A DNA stretch of 64,000 nt from IMG/VR virus record IMGVR_UViG_3300028829_003504, positions 197,789 through 261,788 of that record. The stretch is one strand, 5' to 3'. This document shows positions 1 to 10,623 of this stretch, in pieces. Numbering within the stretch: the stretch's first letter is position 1; each line of letters begins with the position of its first letter. The notes below the pieces were generated by a model. That model ran no database searches, was not told the DNA's origin, and saw only the letters and a program-made list of their open reading frames with translations. Position numbers and translations under genes: made by a program.

Positions 1-2
1 AT

Positions 3-1697
3 AGTACTAAGAGAGCTAAGACCTTATCCTCAGATATTAAAGAACTTAAATCCAAGTTATCTAGGTTATATAAGAAGCAGCAGAAGATTGAAAGTCTACT
101 TGATGATATTGATGACCTCAAAATACTGCAAAAGAAAATAACCAAACTCAAGAAACAATTACCTGATCGTAAGAATTTGAAGGATTACTTGGAACGTCAA
201 GCATCGTTGCATGTAGAGTATGCCAAGTACTCTGACCGCAAAGAAAACTATGACCAGTTAAGTTCCTCAATTACAGAACGTATCGCCTTACTTAAGGAGG
301 AGCTCGGAGATACCCCTCTAGTCGATATAGATGTACTGCGTAAAAAGTACGATACCGTTGATAATAAGCTAGATAGCATTGAAGGCAAACTTAAAAAGGC
401 TCGTAAACATAACGCCTTACTTAAGGAAACGCGTGAAGCATTAGATGACCAAAAAGAAAGTCTCAAGAAGTACGGGTATAAGAGCGCCAAGGCAGTTCCT
501 AAAGATGCAGATGGTTTTGACCTGTCTTTAGCCAGCCATACTATTCGTATTGCTGAAAACTTAGAGCACCATGAACATGCAGGCGGAGAGAAGTGTCCTA
601 CATGTGATAGTACTATAGACGTCGATTCTATTCTTAGCCTGGCCGATAAAGCCCGCGAGCAGCTTAAGAAGCACGCCAACTTAATAAAAGCTATCGCACA
701 TGCCACTGAGATTAAAGCATTGGTTAAGATGCTTAACGGGTGGGAAGGCCCTATTGATACAGTCGGACTCAAAGATACAGAGAAGAAACTACAGAAGAAA
801 CTTAAGGCCATCGAACAGCAAGGCAAGTTAGTTAAAGATTGGAATCATCAACAGGAAATGCTAGGACAGTTGACTAAACCTAAACGCCCTAAGCAGAACC
901 CTAGTAGTAATCACAATGCCGATGAAGTGGAGGCTTTACTGGATACTTTAGATAAACTTACTTCTACTCGTAAAGAGTTGGCTACACTTGAGAAGCGTTT
1001 TGATGGCATTGATATAGGAGACATCGATGGAGAGTCCGCTAAACTAATTAAGAAGATTGACGGGTATAACTCGACGCTAGACGAAGCGCAAGATCAATAC
1101 AGTGCTATCTCAATTAAGAAACGGGAGTATGAAGTCCTGTTCGCCCAACAAACTCAGTTAGAGAGTAAGCTTAAAAAGATTAAGCCTATTATAAAACAGA
1201 AGAAGTTGATTGAGTACTTGTATAAAATGTATGGCGCAACTGAGTTCAAGCTTCAAGCCGCAGCGCAAATATTGAAACTTCTTGAGAGTGCCCTAAATCA
1301 ATACAGCGGTTTAATATTCCCCGAAAAGGTTAAGTTCAAACTCGAACCGTCTTCTCGAGGCATCAGTGCTACGTATAGAACTTCTAAAAACGGTATATGG
1401 GCCGACATACGACACATGAGTGGCGCGGAGCGTAATTGTTTTAGATTGCTATTCGTTGTGGCCTTACTTCCTATGATTCCTGAATCAAGACGTACCAATT
1501 TCATTGTACTAGATGAACCTGATGCAGCATGTTCAGCCGCGGTTAGACGTAGAATGATAGAAGACTTTTTACCTAAGCTACGTCAGATTGTTCCTCACAT
1601 ATTCTGGATAACACCTAAGCCTGCCAACGTGTTTAAAGATGCCGAGGTTTGGGTAGTTGAGAAACGTGACGGTAAGAGTACTATCAATATAAATTAA
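3..1697 (+). CDS. SbcC/Rad50-like (gp46-like) ATPase, C-terminal part; 5' end outside window
   Basis: Frame open from position 3 (track starts at TTG 177); coiled coil, zinc hook CPTC, signature MSGAE, Walker B FIVLDEPD. Confidence 0.9.
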   Translation, partial: STKRAKTLSSDIKELKSKLSRLYKKQQKIESLLDDIDDLKILQKKITKLKKQLPDRKNLKDYLERQASLHVEYAKYSDRKENYDQLSSSITERIALLKEELGDTPLVDIDVLRKKYDTVDNKLDSIEGKLKKARKHNALLKETREALDDQKESLKKYGYKSAKAVPKDADGFDLSLASHTIRIAENLEHHEHAGGEKCPTCDSTIDVDSILSLADKAREQLKKHANLIKAIAHATEIKALVKMLNGWEGPIDTVGLKDTEKKLQKKLKAIEQQGKLVKDWNHQQEMLGQLTKPKRPKQNPSSNHNADEVEALLDTLDKLTSTRKELATLEKRFDGIDIGDIDGESAKLIKKIDGYNSTLDEAQDQYSAISIKKREYEVLFAQQTQLESKLKKIKPIIKQKKLIEYLYKMYGATEFKLQAAAQILKLLESALNQYSGLIFPEKVKFKLEPSSRGISATYRTSKNGIWADIRHMSGAERNCFRLLFVVALLPMIPESRRTNFIVLDEPDAACSAAVRRRMIEDFLPKLRQIVPHIFWITPKPANVFKDAEVWVVEKRDGKSTININ

Positions 1698-1722
1698 ATA
1701 CACTAACCACAAAGGAATCTAT

Positions 1723-2541
1723 ATGCAATTAATAGGTGTTGGCAATCATAGTCCCGAGCAGGTCATTAGCTGGCTGACCCGAAAAGGACATAAGTCTGTA
1801 ACTGTAGTACCGAGCGGAAAGATATTAATCCCAGATGACTCTAGGAAGTACAAGCGCATTATGATATTTTCCACATATCGCGATTTTAGACGCAACTGGA
1901 AGTTAGTAGGTTCTTCTTCCTTTTCTTCGAAAGTATTCTTTGTACATGGTACTCCTAGTAAGCTTCATGAGTTCGACCAGATGTTCTATTCGGACTTCGA
2001 CCCAATTCGCGGACAGCGTAGTTTTGGATTTAAACTACATAGTAAGTTTAAAGAAATTAACTTGAAGAAGATAGGTAAGGACGAACCTACTAGGTCTAAA
2101 ACTAGATACTTTATGCCAAATCTAATAGAGGCCGTAAAGCAAGGAAGCCTACTAAACAAGTTAATGAGCGCCATCTATACTGTAAAAGGTTCAAGTAACC
2201 AAAAGTTGTTAACGCTTACAATATGTCAGTGGTTGTACGGAGGGGAAAGTCCAAACCTACTGCGTAAGCGCATCCAGAATTATGGAGGTCAGCTCCGTAT
2301 TACCGAACTTATGTGTAATCGCTTTGATGATATCCTTTTAACTGAAATAGGTTTTAGCTTCCAAGAAGCATTCGAAGAAGTTATCGACTATAAGAAGAGA
2401 GGAAAGGATGTACCTTTCAGGGAGATAGGTCAGAGCTACGGTATTCCTGATTTTGAGCTTAGATACATTAACGTTAAACTGGATAATGAAAGGACCAACA
2501 AAACCACTATAGACCAACGCACACAGAAGTCCATTAAATAG
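1723..2541 (+). CDS. hypothetical protein between the SbcC-like and SbcD-like genes
   Basis: 272-aa ORF, AAGGA RBS, no recognised motif. Confidence 0.75.
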   Translation: MQLIGVGNHSPEQVISWLTRKGHKSVTVVPSGKILIPDDSRKYKRIMIFSTYRDFRRNWKLVGSSSFSSKVFFVHGTPSKLHEFDQMFYSDFDPIRGQRSFGFKLHSKFKEINLKKIGKDEPTRSKTRYFMPNLIEAVKQGSLLNKLMSAIYTVKGSSNQKLLTLTICQWLYGGESPNLLRKRIQNYGGQLRITELMCNRFDDILLTEIGFSFQEAFEEVIDYKKRGKDVPFREIGQSYGIPDFELRYINVKLDNERTNKTTIDQRTQKSIK

Positions 2542-2610
2542 GCATATAGGGGGCACTGTGACAGTACATATAAATAAGGACGTATATTAAATGAAAAGAG
2601 ATTTAACCTG

Positions 2611-3657
2611 ATGCTACACTTCTTATCAACAAGTGACTTCCATCTTGATGGTTTAAAAAAGTTATTCCCTAATGACCATATACAAAGGCAGATTGCGGAA
2701 GTTGAAAAAATATTCCAATACGCGATGAAGAACGGGATAAAGCATGTGTTTATACCGGGCGACATAGCAGACTCCTATAGCATGTCATGGGAAGCTTACT
2801 TCGGTTTAGTTAATCTGCTTACCAAGTATGACGGCCTACTAAACATTTACTATCTACACGGTAACCATGACTGGGAAGCTGAGAAGAAAACAAGTTTAGA
2901 CTTATTAAACTTGATGTGCCTAAACAACATGTTTAAGACTGTATTCTTATATGCTAATCCTGAGCAGATTGAAATTGACGGCATCGTTATAAACATGTTA
3001 TCCTTCCCAGCAAAGAAAAGTATTAAGAACAAGAAGCCCTGCCTAAACTTTGTCCATGCCTCATTCGACGGAGCTGTCGGAGACAACGGCAGGACGTTAC
3101 GGGTGAAGACTGAAATTGAATGTAACCCGCGCGACTTCACTATAAGTGGTCATATACATCAGTACCAGTACTTGAAGACTAAGCGTGTTTTATACAACGG
3201 TAACCCCTACCAGAAAAACTTCGGTGAGTCATTACCTAAAGGATTTATTGAGTGCAAAGCTAAGTACGTCAATAAGAAACTGGTAGTCAAGCACAAGTTT
3301 ATTAACAACCATCCTGACTTTACTTTGGAGTCCCGCATCATTAGCAGCCAGAAAGATTTTACGGAGTTGAGTACCAGTGACTCTGTTCGCTATCGTCTGT
3401 ACGTTGACCCTAGTGTTGTAGTACCTTCCGACTTAATGGTGAAGTATCCAAACATCAGGCAGTTGTTTGATTCGCAAGGTAAGACTAAAATTAAAGAGCT
3501 TGATTGTGCGGACGAGTTTAAGCAGCAGTCCGTTGACATACCTAAGATAGACCCTACATTCAAGTTAGCTTCTTCTATGAAGAGTGCTGGTTGGAAGAAG
3601 AGAGACTTCGACAAAGCGAAAGCCTTAGTTAAAGAGGCAATGCAAACTAACTATTAG
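2611..3657 (+). CDS. SbcD/Mre11-like (gp47-like) metallophosphoesterase nuclease
   Basis: Motifs DFHLD, PGDIAD, HGNHD, GHIH; near SbcC-like gene. Confidence 0.92.
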   Translation: MLHFLSTSDFHLDGLKKLFPNDHIQRQIAEVEKIFQYAMKNGIKHVFIPGDIADSYSMSWEAYFGLVNLLTKYDGLLNIYYLHGNHDWEAEKKTSLDLLNLMCLNNMFKTVFLYANPEQIEIDGIVINMLSFPAKKSIKNKKPCLNFVHASFDGAVGDNGRTLRVKTEIECNPRDFTISGHIHQYQYLKTKRVLYNGNPYQKNFGESLPKGFIECKAKYVNKKLVVKHKFINNHPDFTLESRIISSQKDFTELSTSDSVRYRLYVDPSVVVPSDLMVKYPNIRQLFDSQGKTKIKELDCADEFKQQSVDIPKIDPTFKLASSMKSAGWKKRDFDKAKALVKEAMQTNY

Positions 3658-3665
3658 TTTATTTT

Positions 3666-3702
3666 AAAAAGCCTAGCCTTCGAAAGTTGTCTAGGCTTTT
3701 TT
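3666..3702 (+). terminator. intrinsic terminator
   Basis: AAAAAGCCTAG / CTAGGCTTTTT inverted repeat with T-run just after the stop at 3657. Confidence 0.8.
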
Positions 3703-3829
3703 AGGTGAGCGGCATGATATTAGAATACTCTAGTTGGATGATTAATGTGCGCTCAATTCTTCCGAATCTTTTTTAGCAAATGCCTCTTAATTTTCGTAAA
3801 TAGTAGTACACCTATGTAATTTCATACTA

Positions 3830-3894
3830 GACAAGACGAAGATCAATCCCGGCTTAATGAATGGGATTTCGGATTGTCGTTAACTCATTCGTTA
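3830..3894 (+). promoter_or_regulatory. structured 5' leader (hairpin plus possible pseudoknot) of the histone-like gene
   Basis: AATCCC 3845-3850 / GGGATT 3863-3868; loop TAATGAAT 3855-3862 complementary to ATTCGTTA 3887-3894; basal GACAA/TTGTC. Confidence 0.4.
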
Positions 3895-3921
3895 AACTAC
3901 AAATACTTAAAGGAGCCTATC

Positions 3922-4587
3922 ATGGCCGTTAAAAAGAAAGCAGCACCTAAGAAAGCAGCACCTAAGAAAACCGCAACTAAGCGAAAAGCAGGCGTTGGTT
4001 CAAAATTCAAAACTACTAATGCACCTACAATGAAGAAGAAAAAACCAGCTAAGGCAGCCACTAAACCTGCTGCTCCGAAAAAACCAGGTACAAGAAAACC
4101 GAAACTTTCTGCTGCCGATCAGAAGAAAAAAGCAGCACGCGCAAAAGTAACAGGTGATCGTCTTAAAGGTAAGAAGACTAAAACTATTAAACAGAAATTA
4201 GCTGAACGTGTTGCTAAGCATGGCGAAGCAATGGCTAATGCTAAAGAAGCTTTTGCTAAGAAAAAAGCTTTAGTTGAAAAAAGCCAGAAGGTAGCTCAAG
4301 GTAACTTAGTTAAAAAGCAAAAAGCTGCATTAATTAACCTTACCCGTGCCTACAACGCTCGCATGAAAGCTAAGAAATCTAGCAAGCCTAAAATCAAAGA
4401 TGGTAAGATCGTAGTTGCTAAAGCGGAAAAGGCTACTTTCAAGAAAGTAACACCTAAGTTAACTAAGCTTCCTTCTTTACGTACTACTAAAGGTGCAGTT
4501 AAGAAACGTTCTGGCGCATCAGCTGGCGCTAAGAAAGCAGGAAAGACTAGAGCTAAAAACAAGAACAAAGCTACTAGAGCGGCTTAA
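3922..4587 (+). CDS. histone H1-like Lys/Ala-rich DNA-binding protein
   Basis: KKAAPKKAAPKK and PAK repeats, very Lys/Ala-rich; ATG 3922 follows AAGGAG (preferred to TTG 3874). Confidence 0.75.
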   Translation: MAVKKKAAPKKAAPKKTATKRKAGVGSKFKTTNAPTMKKKKPAKAATKPAAPKKPGTRKPKLSAADQKKKAARAKVTGDRLKGKKTKTIKQKLAERVAKHGEAMANAKEAFAKKKALVEKSQKVAQGNLVKKQKAALINLTRAYNARMKAKKSSKPKIKDGKIVVAKAEKATFKKVTPKLTKLPSLRTTKGAVKKRSGASAGAKKAGKTRAKNKNKATRAA

Positions 4588-4615
4588 TTCTTCAATAGCG
4601 TTTAGCAAGTAAAAT

Positions 4616-4639
4616 AAAAGCGGACTTAGGTCCGCTTTT
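4616..4639 (+). terminator. intrinsic terminator
   Basis: Perfect 10-bp stem AAAAGCGGAC-TTAG-GTCCGCTTTT. Confidence 0.85.
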
Positions 4640-4680
4640 GTCGTATATAATATATAATTGAATTCGTAGGATATTCTGAT

Positions 4681-5976
4681 ATGTTTCGAGTGAATCAAAA
4701 CTCCGACAATATGAAAGCCATCCGTGACGCCAGAAGCGTTAAGGATATTCAAGCCGTAATAGGTATAATTGAGGCTGACCTGTCTGAGATATCAAAGCAC
4801 ACCTCTGCACTTGAGAAGAGTGTTAGCGGTTCTATAAAAATATCTATTAGCGCACAAGACATAGAGTTGGGCGATTTAAGCCGAACTAAAGGTAAAGGCC
4901 CTTCAGGTGTTATTTCAGATTACAAAGCACCTAACACTAAAGACCTAGTAAAGAATAGTCGTGAGCTTAATCGACTAGCACAAAAGATTGCTGAACTGGA
5001 ATCGGCCAAGCAAGTTATACTAAGCGATGCCTTTTCTCCGTATGCCGATCTCCAGAAGAAGACTATCAAGGCTATTAACGACTTAGTAAAAGTTGCCGCA
5101 CGTGATCGTGACCGCCAAGTCAGAGCGATGGCTAAAATTGGCCGCGAAAGTAAACCTAAAGAACACGTCAAGTTTGTTAAAGGTATTACTGCACATATTA
5201 AAAAAGTACTGTCGGAAGATAATTATTCAGGCACTACTGTTAAGTTGTTCGTACTTAATCCAGTCCCCGATAAGATTTGGTACCAGACTATTATAATTAT
5301 TAACGACCTAGTCAATGACGAAGGTTATAGTTACGACTTCTATTCGGTAGTGGTGACAGCTATTGTTGACCTGGATTCAGGCGAGTTTAATCACTCACTG
5401 ACTACTATAAATCTTAATCGTATACCCGGAAGCTTTGACCCAGGTAAACAGGTAGGCTCAACAGCAGAAGCTAAGCGCCGCATTAACGGATTTTTAGCTG
5501 GCGATAACTTTGTCGCTAAGCATGGGCGTAAGACCCTTAAAGGGTTCCCTCTGAATAAGACACATGACTTCCGTAATTCCGCACTACCTGATTCATCTGA
5601 TCATATCGATGGACTTAGAGTTCAGAACGGCAAGATATACTGTAGACTCGAAAAAGGCGCTGACGCCTCTATTATAAAGACTGCCGTGGACGAAGCCCGC
5701 TCTATACTTAGTATACTGGTTCGTCGTAGAGAGGTCGTAATTAATGACCGAAAGTATGACCGATATCTTAAAGACACTATTGCACATAAAATTGTCAACG
5801 GCAAAAAAGGTCGTAAGTGGATAGAGTTCGTTATTACTCCGTCAGAGCGTGTACAAAAAGGTGACTTGACTCCTAAGATACTTGAGCAGGCAGTTGAGCG
5901 TATGGTTCACATGGACGGTATTTCTAAAGACGAAGCACGACGAGCTATGCAAGCGCTGAGACGGGAATTCATCTAA
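4681..5976 (+). CDS. hypothetical protein, possibly virion-associated (internal KISISA motif)
   Basis: 431-aa ORF with AGGA RBS; TAATG coupling to next gene. Confidence 0.7.
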   Translation: MFRVNQNSDNMKAIRDARSVKDIQAVIGIIEADLSEISKHTSALEKSVSGSIKISISAQDIELGDLSRTKGKGPSGVISDYKAPNTKDLVKNSRELNRLAQKIAELESAKQVILSDAFSPYADLQKKTIKAINDLVKVAARDRDRQVRAMAKIGRESKPKEHVKFVKGITAHIKKVLSEDNYSGTTVKLFVLNPVPDKIWYQTIIIINDLVNDEGYSYDFYSVVVTAIVDLDSGEFNHSLTTINLNRIPGSFDPGKQVGSTAEAKRRINGFLAGDNFVAKHGRKTLKGFPLNKTHDFRNSALPDSSDHIDGLRVQNGKIYCRLEKGADASIIKTAVDEARSILSILVRRREVVINDRKYDRYLKDTIAHKIVNGKKGRKWIEFVITPSERVQKGDLTPKILEQAVERMVHMDGISKDEARRAMQALRREFI

Positions 5977-7085
5977 TGACACATAGACAAATCCAATCTA
6001 ACTTCCGATTAAACTCATGGAGAGGCGTTAAGGGTTCGGCATCTGCCGTATTTAGTGCTGCTGCGGTTAGACAGGAATTGTCTCCTGTCCTAGAGTATAT
6101 CTTACAAGAGTTATATGACGCAGGACATCCAGCGGTTAAATCAGGACTATTTAGTTTAGTTAATATATACAATCCTGATACGCAACACTCTGTCGGTTAT
6201 TCGGAGCGTCCTCACGAAGACCTTGTCAAACCTATGACAGGACTAACGTTGACCTTTAGTATGGTCTCAAGACCTATTATCAAAACTCCTGTCTCAGTCT
6301 ATCAAAATCATTTATCTGATTATACTTTGATGTGGGGACGATCCATAACTAGTGCTACTGATAATCTTATCATATCAGTTCCAAAAGAAATATTGAAAGG
6401 CAGTAAAGTAGCGTGGGGACTAACCAACGACATACTCGCCTTGTATAATCTCATTGGTATTGTTACAAAGAACTATGTTATACATGAATATAACCCTAAA
6501 GCCACATCAGTATTTAAAGTACCTAATACTCCTGAAGGTATCTTAAAGACTAGGTATTTAGAAACATCATTACCTAATCTAATGAAGTCTACACATCCTA
6601 TGTACTGGCCCTTCAACATAGACTTCTGGAATCAAGCAAGTCAATTACTTATGGCCAGGCATTTTAGCACAAAGTTAGATTTATATTTCTGTGTACACAT
6701 GCTTGACCTACTAGGGCCTAGACTTTCACCTATCGCAACTAATTACGTATATGGAGTAGGCGTAGGTACGTTGTCCTACTTTATAATGGACGGTATACGC
6801 GGGTTACTTCAAATACTTAAATCTAAGAGTTTACCCTCAAAAGTAGAAGACTCTGTCTATGGCACATTGCACTTGCTTTATGCTTTAGTAGTACCTGGAG
6901 GTATAGGAGAGACGGACGATTACTTAGAAGTCACCATTGTATTACAAGGAGTCTTAGATAGATTTGAACTAAGACCTGAACTTGAACAGGATTTCATACA
7001 AATGTTTTCATCTATCCAGCAAGCATCTAAACTTATTATTAAGGAAGATGATAGAATGCGAAAATTCCTCGAGGAGATATTCTAA
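5976..7085 (+). CDS. hypothetical protein
   Basis: 369-aa ORF coupled by TAATG on both sides. Confidence 0.7.
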   Translation: MTHRQIQSNFRLNSWRGVKGSASAVFSAAAVRQELSPVLEYILQELYDAGHPAVKSGLFSLVNIYNPDTQHSVGYSERPHEDLVKPMTGLTLTFSMVSRPIIKTPVSVYQNHLSDYTLMWGRSITSATDNLIISVPKEILKGSKVAWGLTNDILALYNLIGIVTKNYVIHEYNPKATSVFKVPNTPEGILKTRYLETSLPNLMKSTHPMYWPFNIDFWNQASQLLMARHFSTKLDLYFCVHMLDLLGPRLSPIATNYVYGVGVGTLSYFIMDGIRGLLQILKSKSLPSKVEDSVYGTLHLLYALVVPGGIGETDDYLEVTIVLQGVLDRFELRPELEQDFIQMFSSIQQASKLIIKEDDRMRKFLEEIF

Positions 7086-8245
7086 TGTCACAATTTAGAG
7101 TCGTTGAAGGCGAAACGCTTTCTATAAAAGAAGAATTCTTAGACAGTATGGATGATCCACTACAGCCTGCTGATGGCTCCGCGGGGCCAGAAGTAATTCT
7201 GTATGACATACGTGGGGAAAAACCTGCCGTAGTCGCCCAAGTCACGGCTACGCCTGATGCCATGCCTGGGCTGTGGGCTGTCGACTTAGGGGTACCTGTA
7301 CTGGACTTAAAGGACTTAACTACTTTCTCTGTGGTGTGGAGATTCGTAGATGACGACCTGGATACGCACACTCTTAAGCACCCATTACTAGTAGAACCTA
7401 GCGCACAGAACCGTGTGACGGATATTGTTATACAGTCGAGGACGGGCGCTAAGATTAACTTCTTTCTACCCTTCCCTTATAACAAAGATGAACACTTGGT
7501 TACTATGACATTATCGAAGGGTAATTCTTATCTTATTGACCAGCTCGATATAACGGACGTCTCCGTTAAGACTAGAGTTGGTGAAGAGATGACTAAGGTA
7601 ACAATGCCTGCTGTCCTGGATGATAAAAATTTAGAACCTCATGTTCTTATTGTTGACTATGAGCATATAAATACTAATCGTCTTGAATCTATGACCTATA
7701 AGGTTTGGGCCGTGACTCCTCAAGTTCTTATGGCCGCCAGTATGATAGAAGACCATATTAACAAGGCTCGATTGCAGAACGTTATTCCTGAATTAGAATA
7801 CACACAACAGGATATACTGACGTATCTACATAGAGGCTTAATGTTGTTTAATCAAATTGCTCCTCGTTTGACCGCCTTTACTGGTATGAACATGCAAGGC
7901 GTTATATTGCAAGCTTGGATTACATGCTCTACATACTACGCACTATCTGCCCAGCTTCAAGCTGAGGGTGCTATGGCCTTTGATTTCTCAGGCCAGACTG
8001 TGAATCTCAATGTAGACCGTTCGCCTTCTATAGAAGCAGCTCTTGGACGAATAGAAGGACAGATAAGTGACCAAGTTAAAGAGACCAAGAAGCTATTAGC
8101 TAAAGCAGGCGTTATATCAGGTGATGGCTCACAAGGCGCCCGTTTAATTTCAGGTGCTATGACTTTCGCTAAACTTGGTATCACTAACTCACCTGTAACT
8201 AAGTACAATTTGACAGCAAGGTCTCCTCTTGTACGTAGAGGTTAG
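7085..8245 (+). CDS. putative virion structural protein (possible neck/head-completion type)
   Basis: 386 aa; beta-rich N-half and helical C-half (YTQQDILTYLHRGL...FDFSGQTVNLNVDRS) that recall phage neck proteins; function uncertain. Confidence 0.4.
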   Translation: MSQFRVVEGETLSIKEEFLDSMDDPLQPADGSAGPEVILYDIRGEKPAVVAQVTATPDAMPGLWAVDLGVPVLDLKDLTTFSVVWRFVDDDLDTHTLKHPLLVEPSAQNRVTDIVIQSRTGAKINFFLPFPYNKDEHLVTMTLSKGNSYLIDQLDITDVSVKTRVGEEMTKVTMPAVLDDKNLEPHVLIVDYEHINTNRLESMTYKVWAVTPQVLMAASMIEDHINKARLQNVIPELEYTQQDILTYLHRGLMLFNQIAPRLTAFTGMNMQGVILQAWITCSTYYALSAQLQAEGAMAFDFSGQTVNLNVDRSPSIEAALGRIEGQISDQVKETKKLLAKAGVISGDGSQGARLISGAMTFAKLGITNSPVTKYNLTARSPLVRRG

Positions 8246-8343
8246 TACGCTAGACGATGTACTAACTATAAAGTAACAAGACATACCCAAATACTAATTT
8301 ACTACCACGTAAACAAACAATCCTTATTAATGGAGAGATACAA

Positions 8344-9165
8344 ATGTCTATCACCGCACACGTAAAACAATCAACTGTATTGGACGGATCAACAGCAATG
8401 GTTACAGCTATTATCACTCACGGTAGTCGTGAAGGTGTTGATGGTAAGTCTGCCGCTTTTGCTCTACAGGCCTCTGTCGATAGCAACTTAATTCCTATTG
8501 AAGGATCTATGCGTGTTATTGAAAATACACCTTACAGAACATCTGTAAGATTAGCGATGTCTGCTGCTAACGAAGTCATACCTTTCGAAGACGGTATGGC
8601 CGGCTTCTCAAGCGTTAGCTCTAATATCTATATGGATAGTAAAGAGAATATCTGGTCACTTCGACAAAACGAAGCAGGTAAAGTTCTTGTTCGATCAAAT
8701 GCTATAGATGATGCCTCAGAAATTGGCCAACTGTTAGAAAGTTGCTCCAATGTAACCGAAGCAACAGCTAATAGCCGAGACCGTCAATTCTTCCAATCTG
8801 TTGCTTCTGCCGGAGTACTTCGAGGCATCAACAAAATAGATAGCCAGGACTTCGTATCTTTTGCACACGCAGGTAAGATGCACAACGGCTTTGTAGTCAC
8901 TGCATTAGTAAATGACCAACATCAACCTACAGGCCATTTATCAGTTATCGCATTTAATGATAATCCCGATCAACAACCTGTTACTATTAGAGAAGAAGCT
9001 ATTGTGCAGAATCACGGTATTCCGGGCTACGAAGAACCTGAATCTATGGAAGTATCTACTTCATCTGCAAATGATTTGATTTCTTACTACCGCAAAATCT
9101 ACGGTCATAACGCTCAGTTCTTCCGTGAGCTGGAAAAACAGATCCGTGGCTACGCCTTCTCGTAG
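8344..9165 (+). CDS. hypothetical, probably structural, protein
   Basis: 273 aa, GGAG RBS, upstream CTAATTT at 8294; contains VSTSSA. Confidence 0.6.
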   Translation: MSITAHVKQSTVLDGSTAMVTAIITHGSREGVDGKSAAFALQASVDSNLIPIEGSMRVIENTPYRTSVRLAMSAANEVIPFEDGMAGFSSVSSNIYMDSKENIWSLRQNEAGKVLVRSNAIDDASEIGQLLESCSNVTEATANSRDRQFFQSVASAGVLRGINKIDSQDFVSFAHAGKMHNGFVVTALVNDQHQPTGHLSVIAFNDNPDQQPVTIREEAIVQNHGIPGYEEPESMEVSTSSANDLISYYRKIYGHNAQFFRELEKQIRGYAFS

Positions 9166-9175
9166 AGGGTATGCT

Positions 9176-9400
9176 ATGATGGATGCAAAGATGCAACGAC
9201 GCATTACAGCCGTTGCAAAAACTTTACGTGTAAACATCACAGATCCTGTCGAGTTCGAACTAGCAAAGGGCTTTATCAGCCCTTTAGTTATGGACTTCGA
9301 GAATGCGGATGTTATACGGCACGTTAGGCCTATCTGGTATTTATACGAGAAGGCCCTACAGGAAATCCGTCTATCTATTGGTCAGATTCCTAAAAAATAG
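9176..9400 (+). CDS. small hypothetical protein
   Basis: ATG 9176 after GAGGG; 74 aa. Confidence 0.55.
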   Translation: MMDAKMQRRITAVAKTLRVNITDPVEFELAKGFISPLVMDFENADVIRHVRPIWYLYEKALQEIRLSIGQIPKK

Positions 9401-9439
9401 GGCGCTTGTCGCCCTATGGTCGTTTCAAGGCGGTACTTT

Positions 9440-10174
9440 ATGGCAGAAGCAATTGAGCTTGGTGATATTCCTAAAAAGAAGAAGCCAGTTAAAAAGAAAA
9501 AGATTTTGAAGAAGGTATCAAATAAGGAAGATACTATTCGTAAACGACCTAGTGCGGAGTCGTTATCAAAGAAAAAGAAAAAGAAGAAACCATCATCTAG
9601 TATTTCCGATATTGACGATGTAATTAAGAAAAAGAAAAAGAAGAAACGTAAGCCTGTTACTCAAGGCGAGTTAATGGTAAGAGCCGAAGCCAAGTCCGAA
9701 GCCATTAAAGGTATGGATGGAATCATTGAGCAGATTGAGAACGAACGTCCTCAAGTAAAAGAGAATGCTCAGTTCCAAGAATACGTCACGATGTTTGAGA
9801 CACTGAAATCTATAGCACGCGTTAAAGAAGGACATTGCTTAAAAGGAGCAGACAGTAAGGATATATATGCTTTGATGCAGGTTTATAACCAGATGCGAGA
9901 TATCATTGCCGACCTACGAGCACTGAAAGATATTACAATGGCCGCTGAGGATTTAGAAGCCAATGTTATGCAGCCTTTTGGACAGCAGTCAGCCGCTGCA
10001 TTAATGAAGTTCTTCCAGAGTGTGAAGAATCAAGCTCAGAAAGATCTTAGTGACGATAAGCTGATTACCTTCCTCAACCAGACTAAGAAGTTTGCCAAAG
10101 AGAGTGGTCTTGATTTACAGGATGCTTTAGACAATGCTTCTGACTCAATATTTAGGGTGTTATCAGAACAATGA
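9440..10174 (+). CDS. hypothetical protein with poly-Lys N-terminus and helical C-terminus
   Basis: Poly-K tracts; ATG 9440 after AAGGCGG. Confidence 0.7.
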   Translation: MAEAIELGDIPKKKKPVKKKKILKKVSNKEDTIRKRPSAESLSKKKKKKKPSSSISDIDDVIKKKKKKKRKPVTQGELMVRAEAKSEAIKGMDGIIEQIENERPQVKENAQFQEYVTMFETLKSIARVKEGHCLKGADSKDIYALMQVYNQMRDIIADLRALKDITMAAEDLEANVMQPFGQQSAAALMKFFQSVKNQAQKDLSDDKLITFLNQTKKFAKESGLDLQDALDNASDSIFRVLSEQ

Positions 10175-10623
10175 CAAATCGAAGACGTACAGGTGCTCCT
10201 CGTGGCGGTGTGGCTTCACGCGGAGGCAATCTATCCGGCCGTACTAGGACAGGTGAGCGATTACGTAGAACTAATTCTAGCCAGTCAGATAACTCTAGGG
10301 GCCTTAGATTGAGGCAGCTAAAGGAAGATAGACTAGAAGTTAATGGATGCACCTGCGATAACTGTAAACGTAGCTTAGATAGACAGCACTATACGGGTAC
10401 TATATATGGTGATCACATAGTACCCGTAGCACAAGGAGGTACTACCTCCAGAGGTAACATACAAATCCTATGTGAACGTTGTCATGAAAACAAAATAGGC
10501 AGTATAAACAGAAAAGGCAGAAACTTACTTAAGGCTAACGCTAAACGAGCTAATGCCCAAAGGAGAAACTCACACGAAGGGACTAAAACTAAACGTGGCG
10601 AGTCTTGGAGGAATTACGAGTAA
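10171..10623 (+). CDS. HNH endonuclease with Arg-rich N-terminus
   Basis: CDNC...GDHIVPVAQGGTTSRGNIQILCERCH. Confidence 0.88.
   Translation: MTNRRRTGAPRGGVASRGGNLSGRTRTGERLRRTNSSQSDNSRGLRLRQLKEDRLEVNGCTCDNCKRSLDRQHYTGTIYGDHIVPVAQGGTTSRGNIQILCERCHENKIGSINRKGRNLLKANAKRANAQRRNSHEGTKTKRGESWRNYE

Noticed and set aside
2569-2576. T4 late promoter TATAAATA
   Set aside because: I noticed only this intergenic copy, before a nuclease gene, and none before structural genes such as the sheath
9440-10174. Terminase small subunit call
   Set aside because: Basic N-terminus, helical body and an adjacent HNH are suggestive only; no large terminase or portal recognised nearby
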